Source: a virus. From it: a DNA stretch of 64,000 nt. The notes below the pieces were generated by a model. It made no database searches and was not told the origin of the DNA. It worked only from the letters and a program-made list of their open reading frames with translations. Location: the IMG/VR virus record IMGVR_UViG_3300023184_000036; one strand, 5' to 3'. Positions 56,110-63,998 of the stretch are shown here, in pieces. A program made the position numbers and the translations under genes. Within the stretch, counting starts at the first letter, position 1; each line of letters opens with the position of its first letter.

Positions 56110-56187
56110 GGGGAAGTGAGTGCGGAATGGTTACGCCAAGGTCTGCAAAACCTGTTCATGTGGGTTCGAGTCCCATCTTCCCCTCCA
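56110..56187 (+). tRNA. tRNA-Cys(GCA)
   Basis: GGGGAAG/CTTCCCC, U73, anticodon loop CTGCAAA, CCA. Confidence 0.9.
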
Positions 56188-56202
56188 ATTTTTTGGTGAT
56201 GT

Positions 56203-56613
56203 ATGAGAAAAAGATTTGATAGCGACTTATAGAATACAAATGATCCTGCAAAACAAAAGGCAATAGATTATTTTAAAAATCAAGGCGTAGATGCTATCGT
56301 AAATCCTAATGATTATGGCATTGACCTTATTGTAGATGATACATTTTACTGTGAAGTTGAGGTCAAGCATAATTGGCGTGGTGATAGTTTTCCATTTTCA
56401 ACGCTACAAATACCTGAAAGAAAGATTAAGTTTGCAAAGTTAGATAAACCAGTAGTGTTTATGGTGCTGAATAGTGAACACACACATGCACTTATGACTA
56501 CTGGTGAAGATGTTTTGGATTCTCCATTACGAGAAGTATCCAATAAGTTTGTCAAAAGTGGTGAGTTATTTTTCCAAATACCCACAAGTAAATTATTAAA
56601 AATTAAAATATAA
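56203..56613 (+). pseudogene. PD-(D/E)XK nuclease-like gene with an in-frame TAG at codon 10
   Basis: MRKRFDSDL*NTNDPAK...YGIDLIV...CEVEVKHNW...IPERK.KF...; otherwise an open 137-codon frame. Confidence 0.7.
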
Positions 56614-56614
56614 C

Positions 56615-56689
56615 GGCTCCATCTTATAATGGCTATTATCCTTGACTGTCTATCAGGGGATAGGGGTTCGATTCTCCTTAGAGTCGCCA
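56615..56689 (+). tRNA. tRNA-Asp(GTC)
   Basis: anticodon arm CTTGA-CTGTCTA-TCAGG; G73; CCA. Confidence 0.88.
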
Positions 56690-56700
56690 TAAATAACTAT

Positions 56701-57141
56701 ATGGCACTTGATCCTAAATCAGCACATAAACTTGGTGAAGCATATGGCAAAGGTGTCACTGACGCTGTATTTGGTATTGTTGATGATGTTCGCAATGCTA
56801 AAAATATCAAAGCATCAAATAATGCAAAAATTGCGGCAAAAAATAAAATTACAGAAATTAATAATCAAATAATTCGTAACAATAATGCACTGCGTGAACA
56901 AGCAATGCGTGAAATAGCGGCAGAGCAAGAAGCACATGCTCTTGCCCAAATGACACCATCACAAAGACAAGCATATAAAGCTACAAAAGCTGCCAATGAA
57001 GCAAAGGCTGCACGTGCAGCCAAAGAAGCTGAAATAAGACGTGAAAACTTTTGGCAATATTTTTGGGCAATTGTAATAATACTAGTCTGCATACCAGTTT
57101 TGGGTGGTGCAGGTTATCTAATACTTAAATTAACACACTGA
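56701..57141 (+). CDS. coiled-coil protein with C-terminal membrane anchor
   Basis: start MALDPK after TAAATA; Ala/Glu-rich helix; hydrophobic C-terminus. Confidence 0.6.
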   Translation: MALDPKSAHKLGEAYGKGVTDAVFGIVDDVRNAKNIKASNNAKIAAKNKITEINNQIIRNNNALREQAMREIAAEQEAHALAQMTPSQRQAYKATKAANEAKAARAAKEAEIRRENFWQYFWAIVIILVCIPVLGGAGYLILKLTH

Positions 57142-57186
57142 TTTCAATTATATCAGTATCTCAATTACATCTATGATTTTCCATAT

Positions 57187-57435
57187 TTGGAGATACTGTT
57201 GGATATTCTACCACAAAGCTATGATATGGCTTGGAACCAATGTTATTGGCGATTACATTATTTTTATATTCAAGCACATGAATATGCTTGGCCACGTTGG
57301 GATACAAAAGCTGATTACAGTAAACAAGATAGTAAAAATGCTTGGGTTGAAGCTGTGAACAAAGCTGATTCAACCATAAGAGTTCGTATAACTTGTCAAG
57401 GTGGCAAGTATATTGTGTTGGATACACGTCCTTAA
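57187..57435 (+). CDS. hypothetical protein
   Basis: 82 aa ORF between tRNA genes; start uncertain. Confidence 0.45.
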   Translation: MEILLDILPQSYDMAWNQCYWRLHYFYIQAHEYAWPRWDTKADYSKQDSKNAWVEAVNKADSTIRVRITCQGGKYIVLDTRP

Positions 57436-57439
57436 TTTA

Positions 57440-57516
57440 CCGCCCATAGATAACGCTGGCTATATCACTGCCCTTTCAAGGCAGAGTAACGAGTTCGACA
57501 CTCGTTGGGCGGACCA
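57440..57516 (+). tRNA. tRNA-Glu(TTC)
   Basis: CCGCCCA/TGGGCGG; CTGCC-CTTTCAA-GGCAG; CCA. Confidence 0.9.
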
Positions 57517-57523
57517 ATTTTAC

Positions 57524-57598
57524 TGGCAAGTAGCTTAATGGTAAAGCATTCCCCTGATAAGGGAAAGAGTGGCGGTTCAATTCCGCCTTTGCCAACCA
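57524..57598 (+). tRNA. tRNA-Ile(GAT)
   Basis: TTCCC-CTGATAA-GGGAA; CCA. Confidence 0.9.
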
Positions 57599-57601
57599 AA
57601 T

Positions 57602-57640
57602 AAAAAAAAATGAGAGGAAATTGCTTTCCTCTCATTTATT
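57602..57640. terminator. bidirectional terminator
   Basis: A-run, TGAGAGGAAA-TTGC-TTTCCTCTCA, T-rich tail. Confidence 0.65.
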
Positions 57641-57663
57641 GTAGAATAAACTTTTTGGGAAAA

Positions 57664-57897
57664 TTACTTCTTCTGCCAAATGTTATAGAGAACCCAAATT
57701 GCAATCAAGCCTACAAGACCTTCTGATCCAAGACCCTTAACAATTGATGTAACGTTTGCAATAACGTCTACATTTGGAAGGAATGGGATTGCAACACCCT
57801 TGAAGATTACACTTGTAACAATCATAAGTGCTAATACGCTAAGAAGTGTATCTGCAAGTGCTGACACCCAACTTTTTACTGTTTTTAAAATATCCAT
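57664..57897 (-). CDS. small two-helix membrane protein
   Basis: 77 aa; LGSEGLVGLIAIWVLY; GGAG RBS; TAAATA upstream. Confidence 0.7.
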   Translation of the reverse strand: MDILKTVKSWVSALADTLLSVLALMIVTSVIFKGVAIPFLPNVDVIANVTSIVKGLGSEGLVGLIAIWVLYNIWQKK

Positions 57898-57948
57898 TTT
57901 ATACTTCTCCTAATACCTTTTGTCATAAAAAGGTAATAATATTTATTC

Positions 57949-58025
57949 GCTGTTGGGGCGGTTGTGGAAATCGCACCACTCTCATAAGGTGGGAAAAGCT
58001 GCTTCGAGTGCAGCCAACAGCACCA
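57949..58025 (+). tRNA. tRNA with CAT anticodon (elongator Met or Ile2)
   Basis: GCTGTTG/CAACAGC; CCACT-CTCATAA-GGTGG; atypical D arm and T stem; CCA. Confidence 0.8.
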
Positions 58026-58032
58026 ATTCTAT

Positions 58033-58110
58033 GGACCGTTAGCTGAGTTGGTTCTAGCGGGAGACTCTTAATCTCCGTCAACGTAGGTTCAAATCCTACA
58101 CGGTCTACCA
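58033..58110 (+). tRNA. tRNA-Lys(CTT)
   Basis: GGAGA-CTCTTAA-TCTCC; CCA. Confidence 0.92.
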
Positions 58111-58122
58111 ATTAAATACAAT

Positions 58123-58581
58123 ATGAAAAAAATAATTTTACTTTGTTTGTTATTGTCAGGATGCAATACATTTCAACCAAACAGTGTTGATATTGTTGGA
58201 ACTGGATTATCTCATCATGTTGTAGAGCGTAGCAATCCACCATATAATGAAATTAATAGTGGGGTAGGATTGCGATTGAACCTTGATAATGACACTGCTT
58301 TTCAAGGTGGATTTTTTAATAACAGTTATAACAAACAAAGCAACTATACAATCATAGATTATTCACCATATAAATTACTCAAACAAAATGATTGCGGCAA
58401 TATAGATGGGGGTGGATTTTTAGGTGCAGCAAGCGGCTATAAAGATTATGCAATACCAGTTGGTGGTATACAAGGCGCAATACATTGTGGTGATTTCTAT
58501 GTGCGAACAAGGGTAACGCCAGCGCCAAAAGCAGGTGCGGTATTATCCTTTGAAGTAGGGTACACAGTTTTTAAATTTTAA
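58123..58581 (+). CDS. secreted beta-barrel/lipoprotein, PagP-like
   Basis: lipobox LSGC; SHH...YNE.N.G.G; G.F.NSY; GAASGY; C-terminal F. Confidence 0.55.
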   Translation: MKKIILLCLLLSGCNTFQPNSVDIVGTGLSHHVVERSNPPYNEINSGVGLRLNLDNDTAFQGGFFNNSYNKQSNYTIIDYSPYKLLKQNDCGNIDGGGFLGAASGYKDYAIPVGGIQGAIHCGDFYVRTRVTPAPKAGAVLSFEVGYTVFKF

Positions 58582-58582
58582 T

Positions 58583-58657
58583 GCTTTCTTGGTGAAATGG
58601 ATATCACAGAAGTCTACGAAACTTTAGTTCCAAGTTCGAATCTTGGGGAGAGCGCCA
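58583..58657 (+). tRNA. tRNA-Arg(ACG)
   Basis: GAAGT-CTACGAA-ACTTT; CCA. Confidence 0.9.
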
Positions 58658-58662
58658 ATTAA

Positions 58663-58824
58663 TTAAGGACGACCTTGACCACGATATGCTTTGGTAGCAC
58701 GACGAACATGTTTATTTTTAGGACGACTTGCTTTGGCATTACCTATACTGGTGCGTTTTTTAACACTTGCTTTTTTAAATGTAACCTTTTGTGCTGCATT
58801 ACTGCCACCTTTTGCTTTTGCCAT
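58663..58824 (-). CDS. small highly basic protein (53 aa), not in the ORF track
   Basis: MAKAKGGSNAAQKVTFKKASVKKRTSIGNAKASRPKNKHVRRATKAYRGQGRP; GGAG RBS; TAAATA upstream. Confidence 0.75.
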   Translation of the reverse strand: MAKAKGGSNAAQKVTFKKASVKKRTSIGNAKASRPKNKHVRRATKAYRGQGRP

Positions 58825-58883
58825 GGTTGATTCTCCCTAAAAAAATATTTATTGATAAAATTAATTTGATATATACCAATAAT

Positions 58884-58957
58884 GCGGATATGATGTAGAG
58901 GTAACCTGTCTCCTTGCCAAGGAGAATTCACCAGTTCGATTCTGGTTATCCGCTCCA
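58884..58957 (+). tRNA. tRNA-Gly(GCC)
   Basis: GCGGATA/TATCCGC, U73; TCTCC-TTGCCAA-GGAGA; CCA. Confidence 0.92.
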
Positions 58958-58972
58958 AAATTTTTTTGTGCT

Positions 58973-59617
58973 ATGAAAAAATATCTAGAAATTTTAGACA
59001 TACCCAAATTACCTGATGAATTTATAAATCACATTTTACATGGTTTTGCATTTTTAAAAGAAAATAATTTTTTAAATTCGGCAAATTTTTTAACTAATTT
59101 TATTGACTTGCACAACCCAAAAGAAAGCAATCCACTTGGTATTGTAAATCCAAAAGAAATTAAAAAAAGTTTAGAAATTAACAATTTTGCTGTTAATGAT
59201 ATGGCAGACGATTGGAAATATACTATTGATTTACCAGTTGGTTTAGAAGAGTGGGTAAAAGAAAATGTTATGACAAATGGTATACCAAAAATTTTTATTT
59301 TTGGCAATGGTATTAGATTTTATCCACATATTGATCCAAGAAACAAAATAGCAATTAATTTTTTAATTCAAAAAAGTGGTTTTGCAAAAACAACTTTTTA
59401 TAAAGTTAAACAAGAGTTTTCTGATAAAACTATTTTTCCTACAGTATATTTGCCATATGAAAAATTAGAAAAAGTAGCAGAATATGAAATTGAAAAATAT
59501 CAGTGGTATAAATTTAATCCAGAAATTCCTCACAGTGTAGAGGAAATGGACCCAAATGAATACAGAATAATTTTATCGATTGATGCTGATTTAGAAAAAA
59601 GTAAAGTTTTATTTTAA
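58973..59617 (+). CDS. cupin/2OG-Fe(II) oxygenase-like protein, AT-rich
   Basis: PHID (HxD) ... PHSV ... RIILSI. Confidence 0.55.
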   Translation: MKKYLEILDIPKLPDEFINHILHGFAFLKENNFLNSANFLTNFIDLHNPKESNPLGIVNPKEIKKSLEINNFAVNDMADDWKYTIDLPVGLEEWVKENVMTNGIPKIFIFGNGIRFYPHIDPRNKIAINFLIQKSGFAKTTFYKVKQEFSDKTIFPTVYLPYEKLEKVAEYEIEKYQWYKFNPEIPHSVEEMDPNEYRIILSIDADLEKSKVLF

Positions 59618-59678
59618 ATGAATAAGTTTTTATTAAAAACTACTAAAACAATATCAAAAGTTTATCTTAAATAATTAT

Positions 59679-60299
59679 ATGGAAGATATAGAAGCAATTT
59701 CTTGGAAAAAAACTCACAAAGAAGATTTATGGGTATTTGATAAACTAATTATTGCCAAGAAAATGGGTTATACATGTGGTCCTGTAGGAGTTGATGTACC
59801 TAAACCTGGTTTTTACATTGTGCGTCCGTGTGTCAATATACCAGGCATGGGACGTGGTGCTAAATTGAGACACCTTATTAAACGAACAAAACACTTACCT
59901 ACTGGACATTTCTGGTGTGAATCATTCAGTGGTAGACATATAAGCGTTGATTATAAAAATGGTGAACAAGTGTTAGCAGTAGAAGGATTTCGTAGAGACG
60001 GTCATCTTTGGCAATTTTGCAAGTGGGAACGTGTAAACGATGATCTACCACTATCAGAAATATTTTATGACTTGACAAATCGTTATGAATATATCAATGT
60101 TGAATATATTGGTGGTAAGGTAATAGAAGTTCACTTTCGTTACAATCCTGACTTTGTTTGGGGCAATAGTGTGGCGTATCCAGTTTGGGAAAAAATTGAT
60201 GTGCGACAATTATATCCAGAAGTTGACTTTGATAGTTTAACTTTTGTATCATCTCCAGATTATAAACGTTTAGGGTTTTATATAGATATGCCGTCTTAG
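59679..60299 (+). CDS. conserved T4-like hypothetical protein (ATP-grasp-like)
   Basis: DKL....GY.CGP.G..VP..G.YIVRP..N..GMG; WCE.F.G.H.SVDY; NVEYIG..VIEVHFR.NPDF. Confidence 0.65.
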   Translation: MEDIEAISWKKTHKEDLWVFDKLIIAKKMGYTCGPVGVDVPKPGFYIVRPCVNIPGMGRGAKLRHLIKRTKHLPTGHFWCESFSGRHISVDYKNGEQVLAVEGFRRDGHLWQFCKWERVNDDLPLSEIFYDLTNRYEYINVEYIGGKVIEVHFRYNPDFVWGNSVAYPVWEKIDVRQLYPEVDFDSLTFVSSPDYKRLGFYIDMPS

Positions 60300-60365
60300 T
60301 GTTGTTGGTCAGCACACCAGTATGTGGTACTGGTAGAGTTAGTTCGAATCTAACAGACGGTGCCA
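60290..60365 (+). tRNA. tRNA-His(GTG)
   Basis: CCAGT-ATGTGGT-ACTGG; acceptor G1:U72, no encoded G-1; CCA. Confidence 0.85.
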
Positions 60366-60409
60366 TTAAAATTTGACAAATATAAAAAAATATGATATAT
60401 TAAAAATAT

Positions 60410-60485
60410 TGCGGGGTAGAGAAGTAGTATCTCGTCTGGCTCATAACCAGAAGATCGTTGGTGCAAATCCAACCCACCGCAACCA
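60410..60485 (+). tRNA. tRNA-Met(CAT), initiator-like
   Basis: TGCGGGGTAGAG 5' end; TCTGG-CTCATAA-CCAGA; one-nucleotide bulge in the acceptor stem; CCA. Confidence 0.8.
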
Positions 60486-60490
60486 ATTAT

Positions 60491-60567
60491 CGGAGAGTAG
60501 CACAGCCTGGTAGTGCGATGCGTTTGGGACGCATAGGTCGTAGGTTCGAATCCTATCTCTCCGACCA
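60491..60567 (+). tRNA. tRNA-Pro(TGG)
   Basis: CGGAGAG 5' end; ATGCG-TTTGGGA-CGCAT; CCA. Confidence 0.93.
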
Positions 60568-60581
60568 TTTTTTTAAAATTT

Positions 60582-60657
60582 GGACCCATAGCTCAATAGG
60601 TAGAGCAAGCGGCTTTTAACCGAGAGGTTACAGGTTCAAGTCCTGTTGGGTCTACCA
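60582..60657 (+). tRNA. tRNA-Lys(TTT)
   Basis: anticodon loop CTTTTAA; only 3 bp in the anticodon stem; CCA. Confidence 0.85.
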
Positions 60658-60662
60658 TAATT

Positions 60663-60739
60663 GCCTACGTAGTTCAATGGATTAGAATGACGGTCTTCGA
60701 AACCGTGGGTTGGGGGTTCGAATCCCTCCGTAGGCTCCA
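60663..60739 (+). tRNA. tRNA-Arg(TCG)
   Basis: ACGGT-CTTCGAA-ACCGT; CCA. Confidence 0.9.
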
Positions 60740-60790
60740 AAAATAATGCATGACAAATAGACAAAAATAAGTATAATAGTTAATAGTTGT

Positions 60791-60867
60791 TCCGTGGTAG
60801 CTCAGTTGGTAGTAGCATGTGACTGTTAATCACAGGGTCGCTGGTTCGAGCCCAGCCCACGGAGCCA
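60791..60867 (+). tRNA. tRNA-Asn(GTT)
   Basis: TCCGTGG/CCACGGA; TGTGA-CTGTTAA-TCACA; CCA. Confidence 0.94.
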
Positions 60868-60870
60868 TTT

Positions 60871-61497
60871 TTAAAATGCTAATGGATAAAAATACCAAAT
60901 ACCATCAGCAAGTATTGCTAATCCAACCAATCCTACAAGAATACTACCGCCCCATAACAGTATGTTAGCACCAAGTATAGCAGTAGTGCTTAATACAATT
61001 GCAATTTGAAATGAAGTGCTTGCCAATCCAAATAGTGGATTACGTTGTTTAGCAGCATCACGTTCTGCTTCAAGTTCTCGTGCTTCTGCCATAATTTCTT
61101 TTTTTCCATGACCTTTTGGATCACTTTCAAGTTTATCAATAACAGCTTGATAACGCTTTGCACGTTCTTCCAATATTTTTCTTACATTTGCTGGTGTAGA
61201 TGGGTCTTCTAGTTGTGCTTTTGTATTTTCTAAATCAACATAATATAAGTTTTGTTTAATGCTTTTAGCCTGATAATATGCCCAAGCATTTGTAACTTCA
61301 ATATTTGTTTCCATAATTCTGGTTGCATTTTTTCCACCAAAAAGTGTGCATACAGATAATATCATTGCAAATACGGTAATGGTAATTGTAGAAAGTTTTC
61401 TAATCTTTGCTTCTTTTTCTGCAAGTTTTTCTATATCACCATCTTTACGTGTTTTTAGATATGTGTTTACAGTATTTTGAAATTGCTTAATATCCAT
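60871..61497 (-). CDS. DUF4337-like membrane protein
   Basis: TM helix, W.YYQAKSIKQ, coiled coil, QIAIVLS...; two C-terminal TM segments. Confidence 0.75.
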   Translation of the reverse strand: MDIKQFQNTVNTYLKTRKDGDIEKLAEKEAKIRKLSTITITVFAMILSVCTLFGGKNATRIMETNIEVTNAWAYYQAKSIKQNLYYVDLENTKAQLEDPSTPANVRKILEERAKRYQAVIDKLESDPKGHGKKEIMAEARELEAERDAAKQRNPLFGLASTSFQIAIVLSTTAILGANILLWGGSILVGLVGLAILADGIWYFYPLAF

Positions 61498-61548
61498 GGT
61501 ATTATTCTCTTAACTATATGTAATATTTAGGATATATATAATACAGTT

Positions 61549-61632
61549 GCGTCCGTGGTGGAATGGCAGACACGCTACGTTTAGGCCGTAGTGCCGCAAG
61601 GCATGGGGGTTCAAGTCCCTCTGGACGCACCA
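61549..61632 (+). tRNA. tRNA-Leu(TAG)
   Basis: long variable arm; CTACG-TTTAGGC-CGTAG; CCA. Confidence 0.92.
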
Positions 61633-61634
61633 AT

Positions 61635-61708
61635 GCTCTTGTAGTTAAATGGTATAACAGTTGATTAGTAATCATCTATTGGCAGTTCGATTCTGTCCAA
61701 GAGCACCA
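61635..61708 (+). tRNA. tRNA-Thr(AGT)
   Basis: GCTCTTG/CAAGAGC; anticodon loop TTAGTAA; CCA. Confidence 0.85.
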
Positions 61709-61713
61709 TATGA

Positions 61714-61803
61714 GGAAAGGTGGCCGAGTGGTTGATGGCTCCAGTCTTGAAAACTGGCGTGGGCGTAAGTTCACCGTGAGTTCGAATCTCACCCTTTCCG
61801 CCA
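61714..61803 (+). tRNA. tRNA-Ser(TGA)
   Basis: GGAAAGG; CCAGT-CTTGAAA-ACTGG; long variable arm; G73; CCA. Confidence 0.93.
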
Positions 61804-61807
61804 TAAT

Positions 61808-61881
61808 GCGGAGTTGGCATATTGGTTGTGCTCCAGCCTTCCAAGCTGGCTAAACGAGTTCGATTCTCGTACTCCGCTCCA
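61808..61881 (+). tRNA. tRNA-Gly(TCC)
   Basis: GCGGAGT/ACTCCGC; CCAGC-CTTCCAA-GCTGG; CCA. Confidence 0.92.
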
Positions 61882-61901
61882 TTATTTATTAAGTATATAA
61901 A

Positions 61902-63167
61902 ATGTGTGGTTTTGTTTATAGTAATAAAGATATTAATGAAATTGATTTAAAGGATTTAACTCCACGTGGTCCAGATGATTCGCATTTTGACAAAAATAAA
62001 TTAGGATATTTTTATCATTGTAGATTAGCTACACGTGATACAAAAATTAAACAACCAGCAAAAAATAATTTTGGTATTTTACTTTATAACGGAACAGAAT
62101 ATTCATTAAAAGAAAATGATTTAGATTATATTTTGAATAATTTGAATGATAATATTGATGATAATATTGAATTTATAAAAACATTACGTGGTGATTATTC
62201 GATTTGTTGGGTGACAGAACAATATATTCTTATTGCCAAAGATTGTTTTGGAACAAAACCTCTTTTTTGGAGTATTTCTGAAAATACATTTATAGTTGCA
62301 AGCACAGTATTAGCAATTGAAAGTTCTAAGTTAAGTGCATATAAGTTAACTGCAAATAAAATTATGGTATTTTCGCAAAAAGATTACAAATTGATAAGAA
62401 AATGTGAAATTGTAGAATGGGATTTGACACAGGGAAAAAGAAATTTACATAATATTTTTGATGCTTTTGAAGAAAGTGTTTTAAATCAATATGATAAAAA
62501 TTGCATGTTGCATTTGAGTAGTGGTTTTGATAGTGGTGGAATTGCTTGTTGTCTACAAAAACACAATAAAAATTTTACTGCATTAACATTCGTGGGAACT
62601 GAAAATAAAGAAATTTTAAAATTAAGATATAAACTACATACAGGTAAAAAAATTTTTATTACCCCTAACGATTTCATTGCCAATGATAACTTAAAAAATG
62701 CAATTTATTGGCATGATTTTTTAATGAAAGATTCAATTATATACGATATAAGTTTAGTTGCGGCGCAATTTGCAAAAAAGCATGAAATAAAAGTAATGCT
62801 AACTGGTTCAGGAAGTGATGAATTGTTTAGTGATTATGGATACGATGGCAAACGATTAAAACTTCATAGTCAATTTGGTGGTAAATTTCCCAATGAATTA
62901 AAAACTATATTTCCATGGCATTTATATGCATGTTATCCAATGGAAGTTGATATTCCAATAGTTGAATATATCGACGGTCTTTATGGTATTGACACACGCC
63001 ATCCTTATCTAGATCGTAAATTATTTCAAACATGGTTAAATTCTGATTTGCAAATAAAAAATGGAGCATATAAAAATTGGTTAGCAGAATATTTTAAACA
63101 ACATAATTATCCCTTTGCTCCCAATCAAAAAATTGGTGCACATAATCCTGTGGTCTATGTTAAGTAA
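61902..63167 (+). CDS. asparagine synthetase B-like amidotransferase
   Basis: N-terminal MCG; RGPD; H.RL; YNG; D.FG.KPL; LSSGFDSG; TGSGSDELF. Confidence 0.8.
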   Translation: MCGFVYSNKDINEIDLKDLTPRGPDDSHFDKNKLGYFYHCRLATRDTKIKQPAKNNFGILLYNGTEYSLKENDLDYILNNLNDNIDDNIEFIKTLRGDYSICWVTEQYILIAKDCFGTKPLFWSISENTFIVASTVLAIESSKLSAYKLTANKIMVFSQKDYKLIRKCEIVEWDLTQGKRNLHNIFDAFEESVLNQYDKNCMLHLSSGFDSGGIACCLQKHNKNFTALTFVGTENKEILKLRYKLHTGKKIFITPNDFIANDNLKNAIYWHDFLMKDSIIYDISLVAAQFAKKHEIKVMLTGSGSDELFSDYGYDGKRLKLHSQFGGKFPNELKTIFPWHLYACYPMEVDIPIVEYIDGLYGIDTRHPYLDRKLFQTWLNSDLQIKNGAYKNWLAEYFKQHNYPFAPNQKIGAHNPVVYVK

Positions 63168-63179
63168 AATAAATATTGT

Positions 63180-63338
63180 ATGGGATATTCAATTGCAAAA
63201 ATGATTGAGTTTGCTTTATCTTATTTGCTTTCTAATGAATTACTTGTTGGTAAAACAAATTTACCTGATTCAACAAAAGAAATTATTATTAATTATTTTA
63301 ATGAACGTATTGCACAGATACGTTCCGAACACAAATGA
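63180..63338 (+). CDS. small hypothetical protein (52 aa)
   Basis: MGYSIAKMIEFALSYLL...; after TAAATA; ATGA overlap with the next gene. Confidence 0.45.
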   Translation: MGYSIAKMIEFALSYLLSNELLVGKTNLPDSTKEIIINYFNERIAQIRSEHK

Positions 63339-63634
63339 AACAACCAACAATAGATGATATAATAATAGACCAAACTATAAGTTTGGCACCAAATAAAATA
63401 TTAATAAAAATATTTCCTAATTTAATTGGAACAGTATTTTTCCCACCACTATCCACAGATTTTTTAAAAGAAACAATACAAGAACCGCTAAAGAAATGGT
63501 GTAATGAACATTTAAGTCCAAATTACAATATTGTTTATAGATATAATGATGGTGATCCATACTGGTCGCTGTTTTTAAGTGATACCAGTGACGTGAATCT
63601 TTTTATGCTACGTTTTGGTGAAAATAAACACTAA
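63335..63634 (+). CDS. small protein, FxLR(W/F)G family
   Basis: KKWC...RYNDGDPYW...LFMLRFG. Confidence 0.6.
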   Translation: MKQPTIDDIIIDQTISLAPNKILIKIFPNLIGTVFFPPLSTDFLKETIQEPLKKWCNEHLSPNYNIVYRYNDGDPYWSLFLSDTSDVNLFMLRFGENKH

Positions 63635-63998
63635 CATTATTTGTTAGATAATTTTGTTTATATTCTTCTGGTGGATAATCTATCCCTAATGTATCACACA
63701 AATCAATATTATCATCCAACAACGACAAATTGTAATTGGCAACAAACTTTCTTAAATCATGATTTTGATTATCAATATGTTTGCTCATTTCACGCAAATT
63801 TTTATAATATCCAATATAGTTTGGATATGTTATATTAAATTCCCCACAACGAACCCACCACCCTAAACAACTATCATTGCTACGTTCTACTAAAACAATA
63901 GGACAATCTGGCCAGTTATGATTAATAAAATCAAGATGATGACAAAATATATGACTTTTAATTATTCTTATACCATTACCACTAAATGGTTTATCAAA
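63603..63998 (-). CDS. C-terminal part of a conserved phage protein (possibly sulfotransferase-like); 5' end outside the window
   Basis: frame open to the window edge: FDKPFSGNGIRIIKSH...CLGWWVRCGEFNITYPNY. Confidence 0.55.
   Translation of the reverse strand, partial: FDKPFSGNGIRIIKSHIFCHHLDFINHNWPDCPIVLVERSNDSCLGWWVRCGEFNITYPNYIGYYKNLREMSKHIDNQNHDLRKFVANYNLSLLDDNIDLCDTLGIDYPPEEYKQNYLTNNVSVYFHQNVA

Noticed and set aside
56230-56232. Genome-wide TAG reassignment (alternative genetic code)
   Set aside because: Core genes such as terL and gp32 end normally at TAG, ORFs are not fragmented, and no CTA-anticodon tRNA is seen in the window.
58663-58824. Apparent -1 frameshift in the basic microprotein
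   Set aside because: Recounting the T6 run at 58771-58776 shows a single continuous frame.
57846-60589. Short ORFs overlapping tRNAs (57846, 57923, 58743, 60094, 60350) and the many antisense ORFs in the track
   Set aside because: These are shadow frames of tRNA genes or of well-supported genes, without RBS or recognisable motifs.
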